A stretch of DNA of 27,292 nucleotides, taken from Octopus sinensis. Lineage: Eukaryota. The stretch covers positions 1 to 27,292 of the forward strand of contig NW_021834110.1 in the NCBI RefSeq assembly GCF_006345805.1, in the 5' to 3' direction. A program made the position numbers and the translations under genes. This document shows, one piece after another, positions 1 through 12,129 of this stretch (its first letter is position 1; each line of letters starts with the position of its first letter). Under the pieces are notes generated by a model, which made no database searches, had not been told where the DNA came from, and saw only the letters and a program-made list of their open reading frames with translations.

Positions 1-177
1 TGTGTATATCTTTGTTTCTGTGTATCCACCCCACCTCGTTAAAAAATCAGTGCTGGAGTGGTTTATGTCACCGTAACTTAGCGGTTCGGCAGAAGGGAGG
101 ATTGGATAAGTATTAGCCTCATATATATATATATAATATATTATATATAATATAATATATATATATATATATATATA

Positions 178-211
<34 letters not shown>

Positions 212-231
212 GTAGATATATATATATTATA

Positions 232-353
232 TGTGAAAAATATAAACTGGGACAAGAACGTAAAAAATTTAGAAGACGATACAAAAAAACACGGACGGGA
301 CATTCGAAGCCTTCAATCTTCAGTCAAGAACCGGAGCATCCTAGCAATTTCGG

Positions 354-357
<4 letters not shown>
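232..357 (-). mobile_element. Truncated small element in (TA)n carrying part of a permuted HHR-like motif
   Basis: Unique ~125 bp flanked by (TA)n; the minus strand reads AGCC-GAAATTGC...TCTTGA-CTGAAGA-ttgaa-GGCT. Confidence 0.5.
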
Positions 358-395
<38 letters not shown>

Positions 396-410
396 TATAT
401 ATATATATAT

Positions 411-483
<73 letters not shown>
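411..483. repeat. (GATA)n microsatellite
   Basis: Directly visible tetranucleotide run. Confidence 0.95.
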
Positions 484-644
484 GTCCCGCGGTCGATTTG
501 TTCGTCTAAAACCCTTCAAGGCGGTGCCCGAGCATGGCCACAGTCTGATGATTAAAACAATTAAAAGATAGATTTTACACACACCACACACACACACATA
601 CATGGTGAAGCGATATATAAAGCTCAGCCATAACGATACTAATA

Positions 645-680
<36 letters not shown>

Positions 681-791
681 CAAATTAGACACAAACAGCT
701 ATTTAGTTATTTAGTTATTCCCTAACTATTAATAATATTAATATATATATATGTATGTGCGTAAATATATATAATATATATATATATATAT

Positions 792-828
<37 letters not shown>

Positions 829-830
829 AA

Positions 831-868
<38 letters not shown>

Positions 869-2014
869 CATATATATATATAGCCATAACGATGCTAATA
901 ACCTGGTGTTAGAACTTAATATGTGTATGCTTCAGAGAAAAGCATTAGGTGAGTGCAAAACATTATACAGCGAGTCCAATTTTCATAAAAATGTCCCACG
1001 TTTTATATTTTATCATATTTCCATAATAGAGAAAACTATGTATTTGATAACATAGCATTTATTTATATTGATAAAATTATTCACAATATCTATTTGATGT
1101 ATAGATGATATTGCTTACAACATATATTTGATAAGAATTCTGTAAGATTTAATAATATAAATCACAATATAATTTTAATATTTTCAAGCATAATATTTTG
1201 TTTGTTATATATCTAATTATATTTTGTCATATTACCTTATTATTGGGCATAATGTGTATGTCTGAGTTCGTATGTGTGTATGTGTTTATATATTATATAT
1301 ATACATATGTAGCATGCATATATATATATACACACATGCACACAAACACACATATGCAGTCACACACAGGCATATATATATATAAATATATATACATATA
1401 TATATAAATATATGTATATATATATGTATATATTACAAATATATATACATTATATGTATATATATATATATATTATATACACCCCCCCATTATATATATA
1501 TATATATATATCCGTACTGTTTTGATTTGATTTGCGGAAGAGAATGTACTTTGTATCGCAGAGATTAACAATTCTTTCATTAGTCCTGTCAGTTACTACC
1601 CGCCTTGCCTGAAGTCCCTGTGCGCCGACCGGCGAAACTCAGGCCGGCTCGACCAATTTATATTGTGGGTAATACGATATCGAAAGACGTAAAGTGAGAG
1701 GCACATACAATTAGTGCTCCCGTCAAATTTGTGCCTAAACTCCAACTGAAGATCGATTTTATGTGTGTGTAGCTACAAGAACAGTAACATAAAAAAAAGC
1801 ATAAACACCTATGAAGTGATATTATGACATACTTATACAACATAGAGAGAAAAGAAAATACATAATGGAGTACATATATATAGCAGGAGGTCAGCAAACG
1901 TGTTGACTGAAAAGTTTCTAAATAGTTTCGATATTAAGAGTTGATATGACAGTTTCGCAAGCAGATGTATTAGTGTTACAGGTAAAAATCTTGAAAAAAT
2001 AGAAAAAACGGGTG

Positions 2015-2280
2015 CTGACAGAACTTTACAGCTGTTTCTAGAATAGTTGCGTAATTGGTGCTTGTAATTTGCTTGTAGCCTGCATCGAAATTTTGTGGTA
2101 ACCTGATAGAAATTTATAGCTGTTTCTAGAATGGTTGCGTAATTGGTGCTTGTAATTTGCTTGTAGCCTGCATCGAAATTTTCTGGCAACCTGATAGCAC
2201 TTTACAGCTGTTTCTAGAATGGTTGCGTAATTGGTGCTTGTAATTTGCTTGTAGCCTGCATCGAAATTTTGTGGCAACCT
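2015..2280 (-). repeat. 3 x 88-bp tandem repeat with a degenerate HHR-like scaffold
   Basis: gctgtttcta recurs at 2031, 2119 and 2207 (period 88); the minus-strand unit contains TCGATGC...GAAACAGCT(G/A)TA. Confidence 0.85.
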
Positions 2281-2916
2281 ATTCACCTTCCGGAGATGGG
2301 ATTTGTTATCACAAATTTTCGATGCCGGTTTCGGAAGATGGAATCTGCTCTTTTTAAGAACTTTGCAAAGCCGAAATTTATCGTGCCTTGCTGCTATGCA
2401 TTCTCCTGTAAGTATTTGATTTCCTCTATACGATGTATAAATACACACAAACACACACAAACGCACACACACACACAAAAAAAACCACACACACACACAC
2501 ACAAACACATACACACACAACACACACATGCTTGTATATATGTATGAATGTAACAGTAATATTGACATCGATACATTAGCGAAAGTAATCCTTCGGTGTT
2601 TGAGGTAACAACTATTCCTTTAACCAAAATTTTGTGATAATACTATAATATTTAAGTATTAAACAACAAATACATTAATTAAAAACTAATGAATATTATA
2701 ATTATTATTCATAACGTTAATATGTTTTAGTAATTATAAATAGCAATTTTATATATATTATTTACAAACGTTGATGTTTACTTATGCGTATTGTATTTCC
2801 AATACAAGTTGGAATTAAAACTTCAGTTTACTAATTAAAGATAATTAATTTAATTTCGTTACTGTTAATCATATATTAATAATAAAGGTGTTAAGTGTAT
2901 CAAGAATTCAATTCAA

Positions 2917-2924
2917 TAGTAATA

Positions 2925-2981
<57 letters not shown>

Positions 2982-2983
2982 TA
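2917..2983. repeat. (TAA)n microsatellite
   Basis: Directly visible. Confidence 0.95.
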
Positions 2984-2984
2984 A

Positions 2985-5900
2985 TTTCTATAGTCACCAC
3001 TAAGTAATTACACGAAGACCATGGTACGATATGTTATGATGGGGTTTAAATGAAGGCTTATAAGCAGTAAAAATTACAATGAAGAAAAAATTCAAGAAAA
3101 TTATCCCCGAAAGAAGGAACCTTCCGGGATATGCTCGTAGAAACCCTATAAGACTGCGATCGCCCTCATGACTAAGGCAAGTTCACTCTCCTCATCCTCG
3201 TCTCTCAATCTGTAGTTGCAGGCTCAGAGTAGTCCTGTTTGCTACATTCATCCACCTTTCAACTCAATTGCCCGAAAGCAGCACTTCACATCTCCGCCCT
3301 CATTTTTCTTTTCAAAGTGGAACATGAAAGTCGACGAGGAAAGTGTCTGTCTTCAGCCCTTTCAATCTGGTCCTCCACACAACCATTTTGCTCCACGCAA
3401 CTTCTTTTGCCACTAGACAAGATAGACACTGCTAGTCCTTTCCGGGCAAAGGAAAGTGGCAGAGTACGATCTGTAACAAAGTAGTCAGTTAATAGACGGA
3501 GCTGTCCTGATATCCGAGCACTGAACGTGCAGAAGAGTTTCGTCGCCCTGCGCATCCGGAGCAAGCCTGGCTGAAGGTACTTCCATACCTGTAGAGTTTA
3601 ACTTGAACTGGGAGTGGCCCCCGGTAAAACTGCCAGGCTAGAGAAACTACTAGATTATTCATAGGCTTTTACGTAAAATACACTAGTGAATACCAGCTAG
3701 TTGATTCCCGCCAATGCCTATGGTTTCTGCAAGAACGTCATCACCTATGCCCGCGACTAAACCTCTATAGAACGACTAATAGAAGATTGAAAGCACATGA
3801 TGGCACTCTAGGTGTCAGGTGGCCGGCCTCGTCTACTGCATGCCAGTTAAAAAGGAGCTGCAGTAAAGCGTGCTTGACAAACGGCGACCATACCTGCTCG
3901 TCGTAAAAGAAACGCTGGAGATATCGAAGTGTCAACACTTGTCTACGCGGCATCAGCTGTTGATAAATGAAGCTTCTGGGCAGCAGAAGGCGGCGGATAG
4001 GCATTCCAGTTTGGTCAGATGTGAACTGGGACAAGGCACGGCGGCCAGACAGCAATATATGACGAGAGTGACATATATGTTCGCCAACGCTGTCCGACCT
4101 TTCAGAGAAAGATGTTCCTCGGATCATTTCTTGGTTCAACTGGCCATCTTGCTCATCATTTCATCTCATTTCTCCTCCATTTGGCGGTGCGAACCAAACC
4201 AGACTCCGAGTAAGTTAACCGGTCTGTCCGTCCAGAGTTCCACATCGCTGTTGGACGGCATGGACTTGCTTCTCCAGGTACCAAGTTGCAGTCCCACTGA
4301 GTTTTCTTGATTGGTTTTTGTTCCTGTCACTGCCACGTATTCCTTTAGAGTAGTGTCAATCAGGTCCTAATGTCTGATATCAGTGTCTAATGTCTTAGTG
4401 TTTGGTACACTAGTGACTAGTGTCCGACAGTATAACGGTGACGTCGTCCATGTATAACGACAGAGTTCTCTCACGAGTTCGCGCGAGACGCCTCTCAATT
4501 TCTCCAGTTGCCGCAGTACATAGAGAAGGGAGGAGAATGCCAGCCTTGACAGACCGAGTGCATGATGTTGAATGGTTCTGATGAATGGCCGTTCACTCGA
4601 ATTATCAAGGAGATTTTGCAGTACCTTATGACAAACGGCGAAAGATGGGACCGAAATCTGCAGCCGTGAGAACTGCCGCTAAGATTTGGCGGTTGGCCCT
4701 ATCGAAGGCATTTGATTGATCTAAATTGACCAGGGTACCACCCATGCCAGGTTTATTACCCAATCTCTCAATGATGTATCACCGGGGATAGATCCCTCGA
4801 TGACAAGACTCAACCTCTTTTCTAACACCTTGTTTAAAATTTTAAAATCTGCATTTGACAGAGTTATGGGCCCAAAATTATCAATGTGATCCCCTTTGTT
4901 TGGGTCCCTTCATTGCAATTCCACCGCCCCTCGACTCGCAGAACTGAGAATTCTCCCGTCATGCTGCCATTTGCGATAGATCTCTGCGAAGAGGGTTCCA
5001 AATATGTCTAGTATATAAAAGTAAAGCTCGCAGGGCAGATGACCCAAACCAGATTTATCTCCACCCCTCATGCAGCCCAAAATTGTTACGCGCATTTTCA
5101 TGGTTGCTGTCGACTTTTCGCCACGCTTCACTCCTCTTGATGAAAGTTTCCGCAGTTCGTCGAGGTAGGTACTTAAATCCATCCGTAGTGCTGGTCCTCC
5201 ATTCGTCCAGAAAAGTCAAGCAAATAACTGCTAAAGTCTTACCTTGAAGTCGAGGCGCGTGTGCCCATTATACTCCACCAAAGTGCGTCTCTGTCACTTG
5301 GGCCTGTCGAGCGGCTTTCCCTGTTTCATGTCATAGAATACATGCTTTTAGCTTTGATGATACAGACTTTGTGCTTCGCGTGGAGAATTTGGTCGCGGGC
5401 CAATCTCATTGACTGTTCCTGAGTGTATTTTACATTTTTCCTCTCTCTAAAATATAGCTAAACCTAATGGATTCTACTTTAATTATCCTTTTTATGACAA
5501 ACAACTCTGTTATTGATAATCGACCTCATAACTGCTCGCTAAACTAATTCGCTTATCCGGTCTCTGTAAGATTGACGCGCCGGGAGTGACGCGTTCAGCT
5601 TCCTTTAACTGGTTCCTGCCGATATATATATCTAAATCGACTATGAAGATCAAACCTTTGTATTCTGTGTAGCTGACGGTTTGAAAAAGTGGGCAACCTA
5701 CGCAATCCTTATCTACTGGCTTACAGAATAGCCTACAGAATACTCTACCAAGATACACCCCTTCTCATATTAGCTATCCCCACACAATCCAAACGTGCAC
5801 CCAAGATGGCATTCCAGTCACCCATTAGCACTTAAGGGTGAGACGTTCCTAGGAAAACCTTCAAACGCCTGAAAAAAATGAAATGTCACGCCACAAGTAG

Positions 5901-6221
5901 TCTGAAAGTATTCTCTTCGCTACTGTTCATATCTAGGACCACCAGCATACTTTCTGTATCCAAGAAAATGGTTCATATCGTGAGACTCAGATATTTCCAA
6001 ATCAGCACAGCAGTGCCACCACCCATTCCCGATCGACTTGGAGATAAGTAAGTCTCGTATCCACCGAAAATGGGCATGAAAGTTTGTGGATCGGAAACGC
6101 TAGTCTCGCCGATGGCCACCACAGCTATAACTAGTGACGTAAGGTCGTTGAGCAGGTTACCATGCTTCCTCGCTGTTCCCAGGCTATATGTATTTACAAT
6201 GCCTAATCTGGGCTGAGACAT
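2985..6221 (-). pseudogene. Disrupted LINE ORF2 (AP endonuclease and reverse transcriptase) plus 3' UTR
   Basis: Motifs in collinear order APE, RT, thumb; the frame is broken repeatedly. Confidence 0.85.
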
Positions 6222-7710
6222 GGTAAACCAGAGAGAAGTATATGAGAAAGAATCCCCTTATTCCTCTGAAGAGACAGATATTTCGTTCGTATTTTTAACA
6301 ATGAGCATTTCCAGTTGCAGTTATTTGTCTAGTTTTTTCACTGATATGATATTTACTAGGAAGTCCTCAACTCCCTTGGGTGTATATCTTCTAAGTTGTT
6401 GCATGTTTTGATATTTGGATAATTTTTATGTGTGATGGACTATTATTATTTGATGTTATGTAATTATTGATGCTCATAACAGTATTCTCGCGTACGTGTT
6501 TCATTACTTCTTTATTAGTTGTCTTTATTGCAGCTTTTTTGTTGTGATGTGCGCTTTGACTTTCGTGTAAGTGAATTAGGTTGTGTTTGTAATGGCGTTT
6601 GCTGTAATAGTGTTACTGGTTGTGTGGGGGACGATGCTGTTAACAGTTGTGGTGTAGCAGCTGTTGCAGGTACTGTTTGAACATTGTTGCTCAAGGGTGT
6701 CTCCTCTATTCCCAAATTTTTGTATTTGTTTTTGTTTCCTTTTCTTTGCCTTGATAACTTTTTGTCATATAGGGTCCTCATCAAACCCTTCGTTACCCGA
6801 CATGTCTGAGTAGTGCCAAGCGGGGAGGGTACGTCTTGAGGCGAGGTTTGTGATGTTGATTTATTGATATTGTTGTTTGTGGGGGTTTCTCTTGCTGTGG
6901 TTGCTGCTGCCTGTGATGTGGTGGCCATTGATACATGTTTTGTGCTGTTTTAGCTGCTGTTGCTTCCACTATTGACGTTATTGCTGCTGCTTCTGTTGCT
7001 ACTACAAATGCTGCAGCAACTATTACTGCTGCTGTTACTGCTGTTCCCACAGCCGCTTGTTTATTCTTGTTATTGGTGTTGTTGTGCCCACCAGCTTCTG
7101 CAGGTGTTACTGCTGTTGTTTCTGCTGGTGTGGTCCTTACAGTGGTTGTCTCCCTTCTTACCATTACTGTGATCAGAAAAAACTTGAGGTAGCATGTCAC
7201 CACACAAGGGACACTTGGGCCTCCTGCTCTCAACGGCCACGTAAAGTCTTTTGTTGTCTGGTGGATTAATTCTGGGATGAATTCCGTACCTTGTTGATCC
7301 TTCGGATTAATATCTCCATCCCCTTTGTTTATAAGTGTCTATACACTTTCAGAATATTGTTTATGTCCTGCACATCCAAGAAAACCACCAACAACGACCA
7401 ACAAATGTTTATTTCTGGGAGTTCATCTGAAATTTTTATTTTCACGACTCAAAGGTCAAAGTATGTTAACATGAAAATCAGTTCATATTTCATTAATGTT
7501 GAATGTTTCCCCAAATCTCATCATCTGTAGCGAATCTCACCTCTACAGTGTCGTATCACTTCCTTCTAGTAAGATACAGCCTGGTGCACCAGCTGATCTG
7601 AGACACTTTTCAATTTGTTGCTGTATCGTCTGCTCTATTTTCTACCTTGTTGTGGCTATGGTTTGTATATCACAGTTTTTCGGTTCATTTTTTCCACTAT
7701 GGTTTCAGGA
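2985..7710 (-). mobile_element. Decayed near-full-length Tx1/L1-clade LINE (ORF1 plus APE-RT ORF2)
   Basis: Minus-strand translations: ORF1 zinc knuckle remnant VESRRPKCPLCG (~7183-7240) and Ala/Thr-rich tail (6515-7170); APE N-terminus MSQPRLGIVNTYSL...VVAIGET (5973-6221); RT motifs DNFGPITLSNADFKILNKVLEKRL (~4830-4890), LDQSNAFDR (~4700-4725), SVCQGWHSPPLLYV (~4520-4560), YMDD (4443-4454), LSLKGRTALAN (~4080-4115). Many stops and frameshifts. Confidence 0.9.
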
Positions 7711-7729
7711 ATGTCAAGGGCAACATTTC

Positions 7730-8218
7730 TCCTAGGCCAGACATCATATTGAAAGACTTCAGACAGAAATCATGCCTCCTCATTGATATGATTGTCCCAG
7801 TCGATATAAACGTATCTGTCAAGACCTACCAAAAACTGAGCAAGTTTAAAGATCTTGAAATAGGAAATAGAAAAATGTGGAACCTGAAGACTAAAACAAT
7901 ACCTGTTGTCATAGGTGCCCAGGGAATGATAGCAAAATGGCTGATTGCTACCTAGCTCAGATACCAGGAAACCCCAAAATGGCAGAAATTCATAAGATAG
8001 TGCTCATGGGAATTACCCATATCCTACGTAAAATACTTTCTATGTAATCTCAAGTTTTAAAGCAAACACATAATTTTCTTATGGTTTCTTATGTGCAAAA
8101 TCAAATATATGGCACCCAAGGCATAACACCAACATGAACTTCCAACTTTTTGTCTCTTGAGGTCACTGGGTGAGACTTAAAGCCAACTTGTAAAAATGTA
8201 TAGCACAACTCAAACATA
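7730..8218 (+). mobile_element. 3' fragment of an R4/Dong-like LINE (restriction-like endonuclease) ending at (TAA)n
   Basis: RPDIILKDFRQKSCLLIDMIVPVDINVSVKTYQKLSKFKDL...TIPVVIGAQG is the PD..D RLE motif; stop ~8045-8047; the 3' UTR runs into ataataatga...taataat. Confidence 0.85.
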
Positions 8219-8435
8219 AAATAATAATGACGATGATGATGATGATAATAATAATAATCCTTTCTATTATAAGCACAAGGGCTAACCTATTATATCGACC
8301 CCACTACTTCACTTGTGTTTATCTTCTCGTGTTTAACCTACTACAGCTTATCTCTTTGAGTTTATCTTCTCGATCCTGAGAGGATGAAAGGCAAATTCGA
8401 TTTCGGCAGAATTTGAACTTAGAACGTATAACTAT
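8219..8435 (-). mobile_element. SINE family B, degenerate copy with (ATT)n tail
   Basis: ggatgaaaggcaaattcgatttcggcagaatttgaactt matches the core of 12495-12741; the 3' end cctttctattataagcacaagg abuts the TAA run. Confidence 0.7.
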
Positions 8436-8645
8436 GCCGAATTTTGGTCGGAGACCAGTGATTTCAAATGACGGAGATTGTTGATAACATCAACTACTGT
8501 ACTTGACTGTTTTTTTATTTTATGGACCTCTAAAATATGAAAGGAACTGATCTCGTCGGGATTTGAACGCACAACGTTAACGATCGGAAGAAATACTGTA
8601 AACTATTTTCCCCAGGATCTAATAATTCTGACTGCTCGCCACCTA
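8436..8645 (-). mobile_element. SINE family B, old copy
   Basis: atgaaaggaactgatctcgtcgggatttgaacgc...ctgactgctcgccacc aligns to the family B head and core. Confidence 0.65.
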
Positions 8646-8659
8646 ATTTTCGATAATAG

Positions 8660-8852
8660 TTTTAAATTTTGGCACAAGGCCAGCAACTTTTGATCGAGGG
8701 AGTCGATTACATCAACCGTAGTACTTGACTGGTAAATATTTTATCGACCCCGAGAGAATGGAAAGAAAAGTCAACTGCGGCGGGATTTGAACTCTGAACG
8801 AAAAGATGGACGAAATACCGCTAAGCATTTTACCCGACGTGCAAACGATTCT
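8660..8852 (-). mobile_element. SINE family B copy
   Basis: ttatcgaccccgagagaatggaaagaaaagtcaac...gatttgaactctgaacg...ctaagcattttacccgacgtgc. Confidence 0.8.
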
Positions 8853-8875
8853 GAAAATAGATAACGAAGACAACG

Positions 8876-9147
8876 TTACATTATAAACTTGAGCAAAGTC
8901 TTGCATATTTTTACTGTTCCATTTATAGATTGTATTTGTAAAGTGTGAGTTAAAAGGCTGATATCTTTTTCAGAAAATCCAAGCTCATTCAGATTGTCAA
9001 TTAGGCATTTATTCACAAAATCAAATGGACCAATTATTATTGGTATAAATGTGAATTTATAATCTGGATATAGAAACGGGAGGTTTCTATATCAAAGCAG
9101 TTGTCTGAAGTTATCCTCCTTCTCTTTGATTTTCAGATATTCACATC
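8876..9147 (-). mobile_element. 3' fragment of RLE-type LINE family 2, next to (TATG)n
   Basis: Minus translation ...FLYPDYKFTFIPIIIG...GTVKICKTLLKFIM*; homologous to 20384-20785 and 20800-21150. Confidence 0.8.
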
Positions 9148-9178
<31 letters not shown>

Positions 9179-9355
9179 TGTATGTATGTATGTATGTATG
9201 TATGTATGTTTGTATGTATGTATGTATGTATGTGTGTACGTTTGTATGCATGTATCTATGTATGTATGTATGTATGCACCTTTGTATGCATGTATGTAAT
9301 ATATGTACATATGTATGAATATTTGCATGTATGTACGTGCCTATCTCACTCACTC

Positions 9356-9447
<92 letters not shown>

Positions 9448-9450
9448 GCA
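9148..9450. repeat. Compound (TATG)n/(CT)n/(TA)n microsatellite
   Basis: Directly visible. Confidence 0.95.
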
Positions 9451-9574
9451 TATGTGTGTGTGTCTTTATATGTATATATGTATGTTTTGCACGTGCGTAC
9501 GCATTTATATATGTACAAATGTATGTATGTATGTATTTGTGGCAAGCGGTGTTGGTGTGTTTACGTTCCCATAA

Positions 9575-9870
9575 AGGCTAGTACTTATTCTATAGGTCTC
9601 TTTTACCTAACCGCTAAGTGACGGGGACGTAAACACACCAGCATCGGTTGTCAAGCAATGCTAGGGGGACAAACAGACACACAAACATATATACACATAT
9701 ACATATATACGACGGGCTTCTTTCAGTTTCCGTCTTCCAAATCCACTCACAAGGCTTTGGTTGGCCCGAGGCTATAGTAGAAGACACTTGCCCAAGGTGC
9801 CACGCAGTGGGACTGAATCCGGAACCATGTAGTTCGTAAGCAAGCTACTAACCACACAGCCACCCCTACG
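9575..9870 (-). mobile_element. SINE family A copy (tRNA-like head, 3'-truncated)
   Basis: Reverse complement of the 26456 copy from the head (accacacagccacccctacg) to ctagtacttattc. Confidence 0.9.
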
Positions 9871-10766
9871 GTACTTAGGTAAACAAGATATTTTTTCATT
9901 AAACATAACTATCTTGAAAATTTTTCACACCACCTCGTATCTTTTTATTATATTTATGTCTTATACTGGTGAGCTATAACGTCAAGGTTTCGGTTTTCCA
10001 ATGAGTCAATCGCTGTCCACAGCAAAATTGATAAGGGAGTGTTTGTAATTCGGTGCAAAGCAAGCACAGCAGGTGAGTTCGTTCGAAAACTACTAGCTAT
10101 TCCGTTTTCCTCGATGCCTATACATCGTTTCAGCTAAGATGCAACTAAAATGCTGTAACTATATCTGCATATATATATAATTATATCCACATGATTATGG
10201 AGTTGAATAATTCGTACGCGCGTACACACACACACACACACGCACAAACACACACACATACATACGGTAACTCTTAAAAGCTATCATCATGCCTGACCTT
10301 TGCAATGATACCTTAAAGACGAGAATGAAATGTGTAGATACACTCATATACATACATACACACATACTTACATGCATACATACATACGTTGATGCATACA
10401 TACATACCTACATCCATAGGCTGTGACCTAGAAGAGCGACAATAATGCAGATAGAATTAGTTAAAATATAAAGAAGGAAACAAAACGAAGCTTTAATTTT
10501 GACATTAACTACCGATACTTCTGTCGAAATTTACCATAGTCATAGCAAGAAGTGAACAAGTAAGATGTCGTGACTCGTTGAAGGATATTGTTTGTTTACT
10601 GAGATATAAATTGTGTGAGATCAGTTTGGATATAACAGGTAGTAATTTACCTTGCACACAATTTTCCAGTTTTCTTGCAATGTCTTGGATTAGATGAATG
10701 TTGTGTGCATGTGTGTGCGTGTGTGTGTGTGTGTGGTGTGTGTGTGTGTGTGTGTGTGTGTGCCAT

Positions 10767-10980
10767 TGTGTCTGCTTTTGTCCTCCACCTCTACTTGACA
10801 ACCGGTGTTGGTTTACGTTCCTGTAACTTAGCGCTTCGGCAAAAAGTGAACGATTGAATAAGTTCTAACCTCAGAACAAAATAAATACTGGGGTCAATTT
10901 ATTTGACAAGAAATTTCCTCAACGTGGTGCCCCAGCATGGCCGCAGTCTAATGATTGAAACAAATAAAAATAAAAGATAA
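10767..10980 (+). mobile_element. SINE family A, 3' half
   Basis: cttgacaaccggtgttggtttacgttcctgtaacttagcg...ggtgccccagcatggccgcagtc. Confidence 0.85.
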
Positions 10981-11281
10981 GAAAGATGAATACAGATTCC
11001 TGCCGTCAAGTGAATTCCCCTCCCCCTGCACACACAAAATTCAAAACATCAGTAGAATTTATAACCTCTCATAGAATCTAAAAATCTTCGGCAATGTGAC
11101 CCCAGCTACCATAAACAACTAGAAACTAGTAGATTCAAAGATTAGGTCATCTTCCATATCGAACGCTGTCAACCAATTAATTGTAAGAGACACTACAATA
11201 GTATTAGGTTAATACCTCCACCCTCTTTAAATTCTCAGTCAAATATTGTTAAGTATCTCCTATTTAGGAGAAATAACATAA

Positions 11282-11471
11282 CACAAGGCCCGAAATTTTG
11301 ATGGAGGGGACCAGATCTACTCCATAACGCAACTAGTACTTAATTTATCGACTCCGAAAAGATGAATGGCAAAGTCGACCTCGGCGGAAATTGAACTCAG
11401 AACGTAAATACAGACGAAATACTGCTAAGCATTTCGCCTGACGTGCTAACTTTTCTGCTAGCTCGCCGCCT
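11282..11471 (-). mobile_element. SINE family B copy
   Basis: Minus head ggcggcgagctagcagaaaagttagc (A-box-like) and gagttcaatttcc (B-box-like), followed by the conserved core. Confidence 0.85.
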
Positions 11472-11577
11472 TTCAAAAGAAATAACATTAAATGAGTTAT
11501 GGACTGCTGAAATCTAAATGTTTTCTCTCTCTCTCTCTCTCTTTCTCTTTCTCTCTCTCTTTATTTTCTCTTATTCC

Positions 11578-11611
11578 TTTCTGTTGAAGAGCGCCGGCTC
11601 GAAACGTAAAA
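11578..11611 (+). ncRNA. Minimal type I HHR-like motif with an A6U core change
   Basis: TTT-CTGTTGA-A-GAGC gccg GCTC-GAAAC-GTA-AAA; same layout as 24686-24720. Confidence 0.55.
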
Positions 11612-12129
11612 TACCTTTTTTTTCGTATATTTTTCCCGAGCATCAAACTAATACACTTGCTTGTTGTTCATACCCCTCTCTTCGTCTTTAGTTTTTCTAT
11701 AAATTTCAACTACATATTATACGCTCACGTGGTTACTCCAGTTCGATCCTGCCTGAACTTCCTACTCTGGACTTTTCTTAACCACTTCCCAAACTATCAG
11801 CACCTCTCCTCATCCACATACCAGCACTCCACCCGGATTACCATTGGATCTACTGATTCTACTTTCACGGATTTCACTGGATGTTTTCGTTGACAAATAT
11901 GAAAACCATAACAAGCAAACTGACTAAATTAACGAAGACCATTTGCATACATACAACGTAAATGCAGATCAGTCATACAACACTGAAACCCTTACCTACT
12001 AAACCAATGTTTCTCAGTATATTTTTTTGCCTATCGACCTTTTGATCCCTACTTTACACAGGTGGACCCTCATAGCCATTCGTTGTTTAAAAAATCATAG
12101 ATTTTTGTAATAAAATATCTTTTTTTTCT

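Larger units (their letters stand above)
10..570 (+). mobile_element. SINE family A, 3' half, interrupted at ~120-482 by (TA)n, a small element and (GATA)n
   Basis: 60-120 (gtttatgtcaccgtaacttagcggttcggc) and 485-570 (ggtcgatttgttcgtctaaa...ggtgcccgagcatggccacagtc) match consecutive parts of the full copy at 26456-26924. Confidence 0.8.

Noticed and set aside
2015-2280. CRISPR-like array
   Set aside because: Whole 88-bp units repeat with no unique spacers, there are no cas genes and the context is eukaryotic.
6515-7269. Ala/Thr/Gln-rich ORFs as a mucin-like or antifreeze-like gene
   Set aside because: They lie between the zinc knuckle and the APE start of the LINE, so they are the low-complexity ORF1 tail.
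9101-9621. Long ORFs such as YVCMYVCM, HTHTHT and YIYIYI here and elsewhere
   Set aside because: They are stop-free translations of microsatellites.
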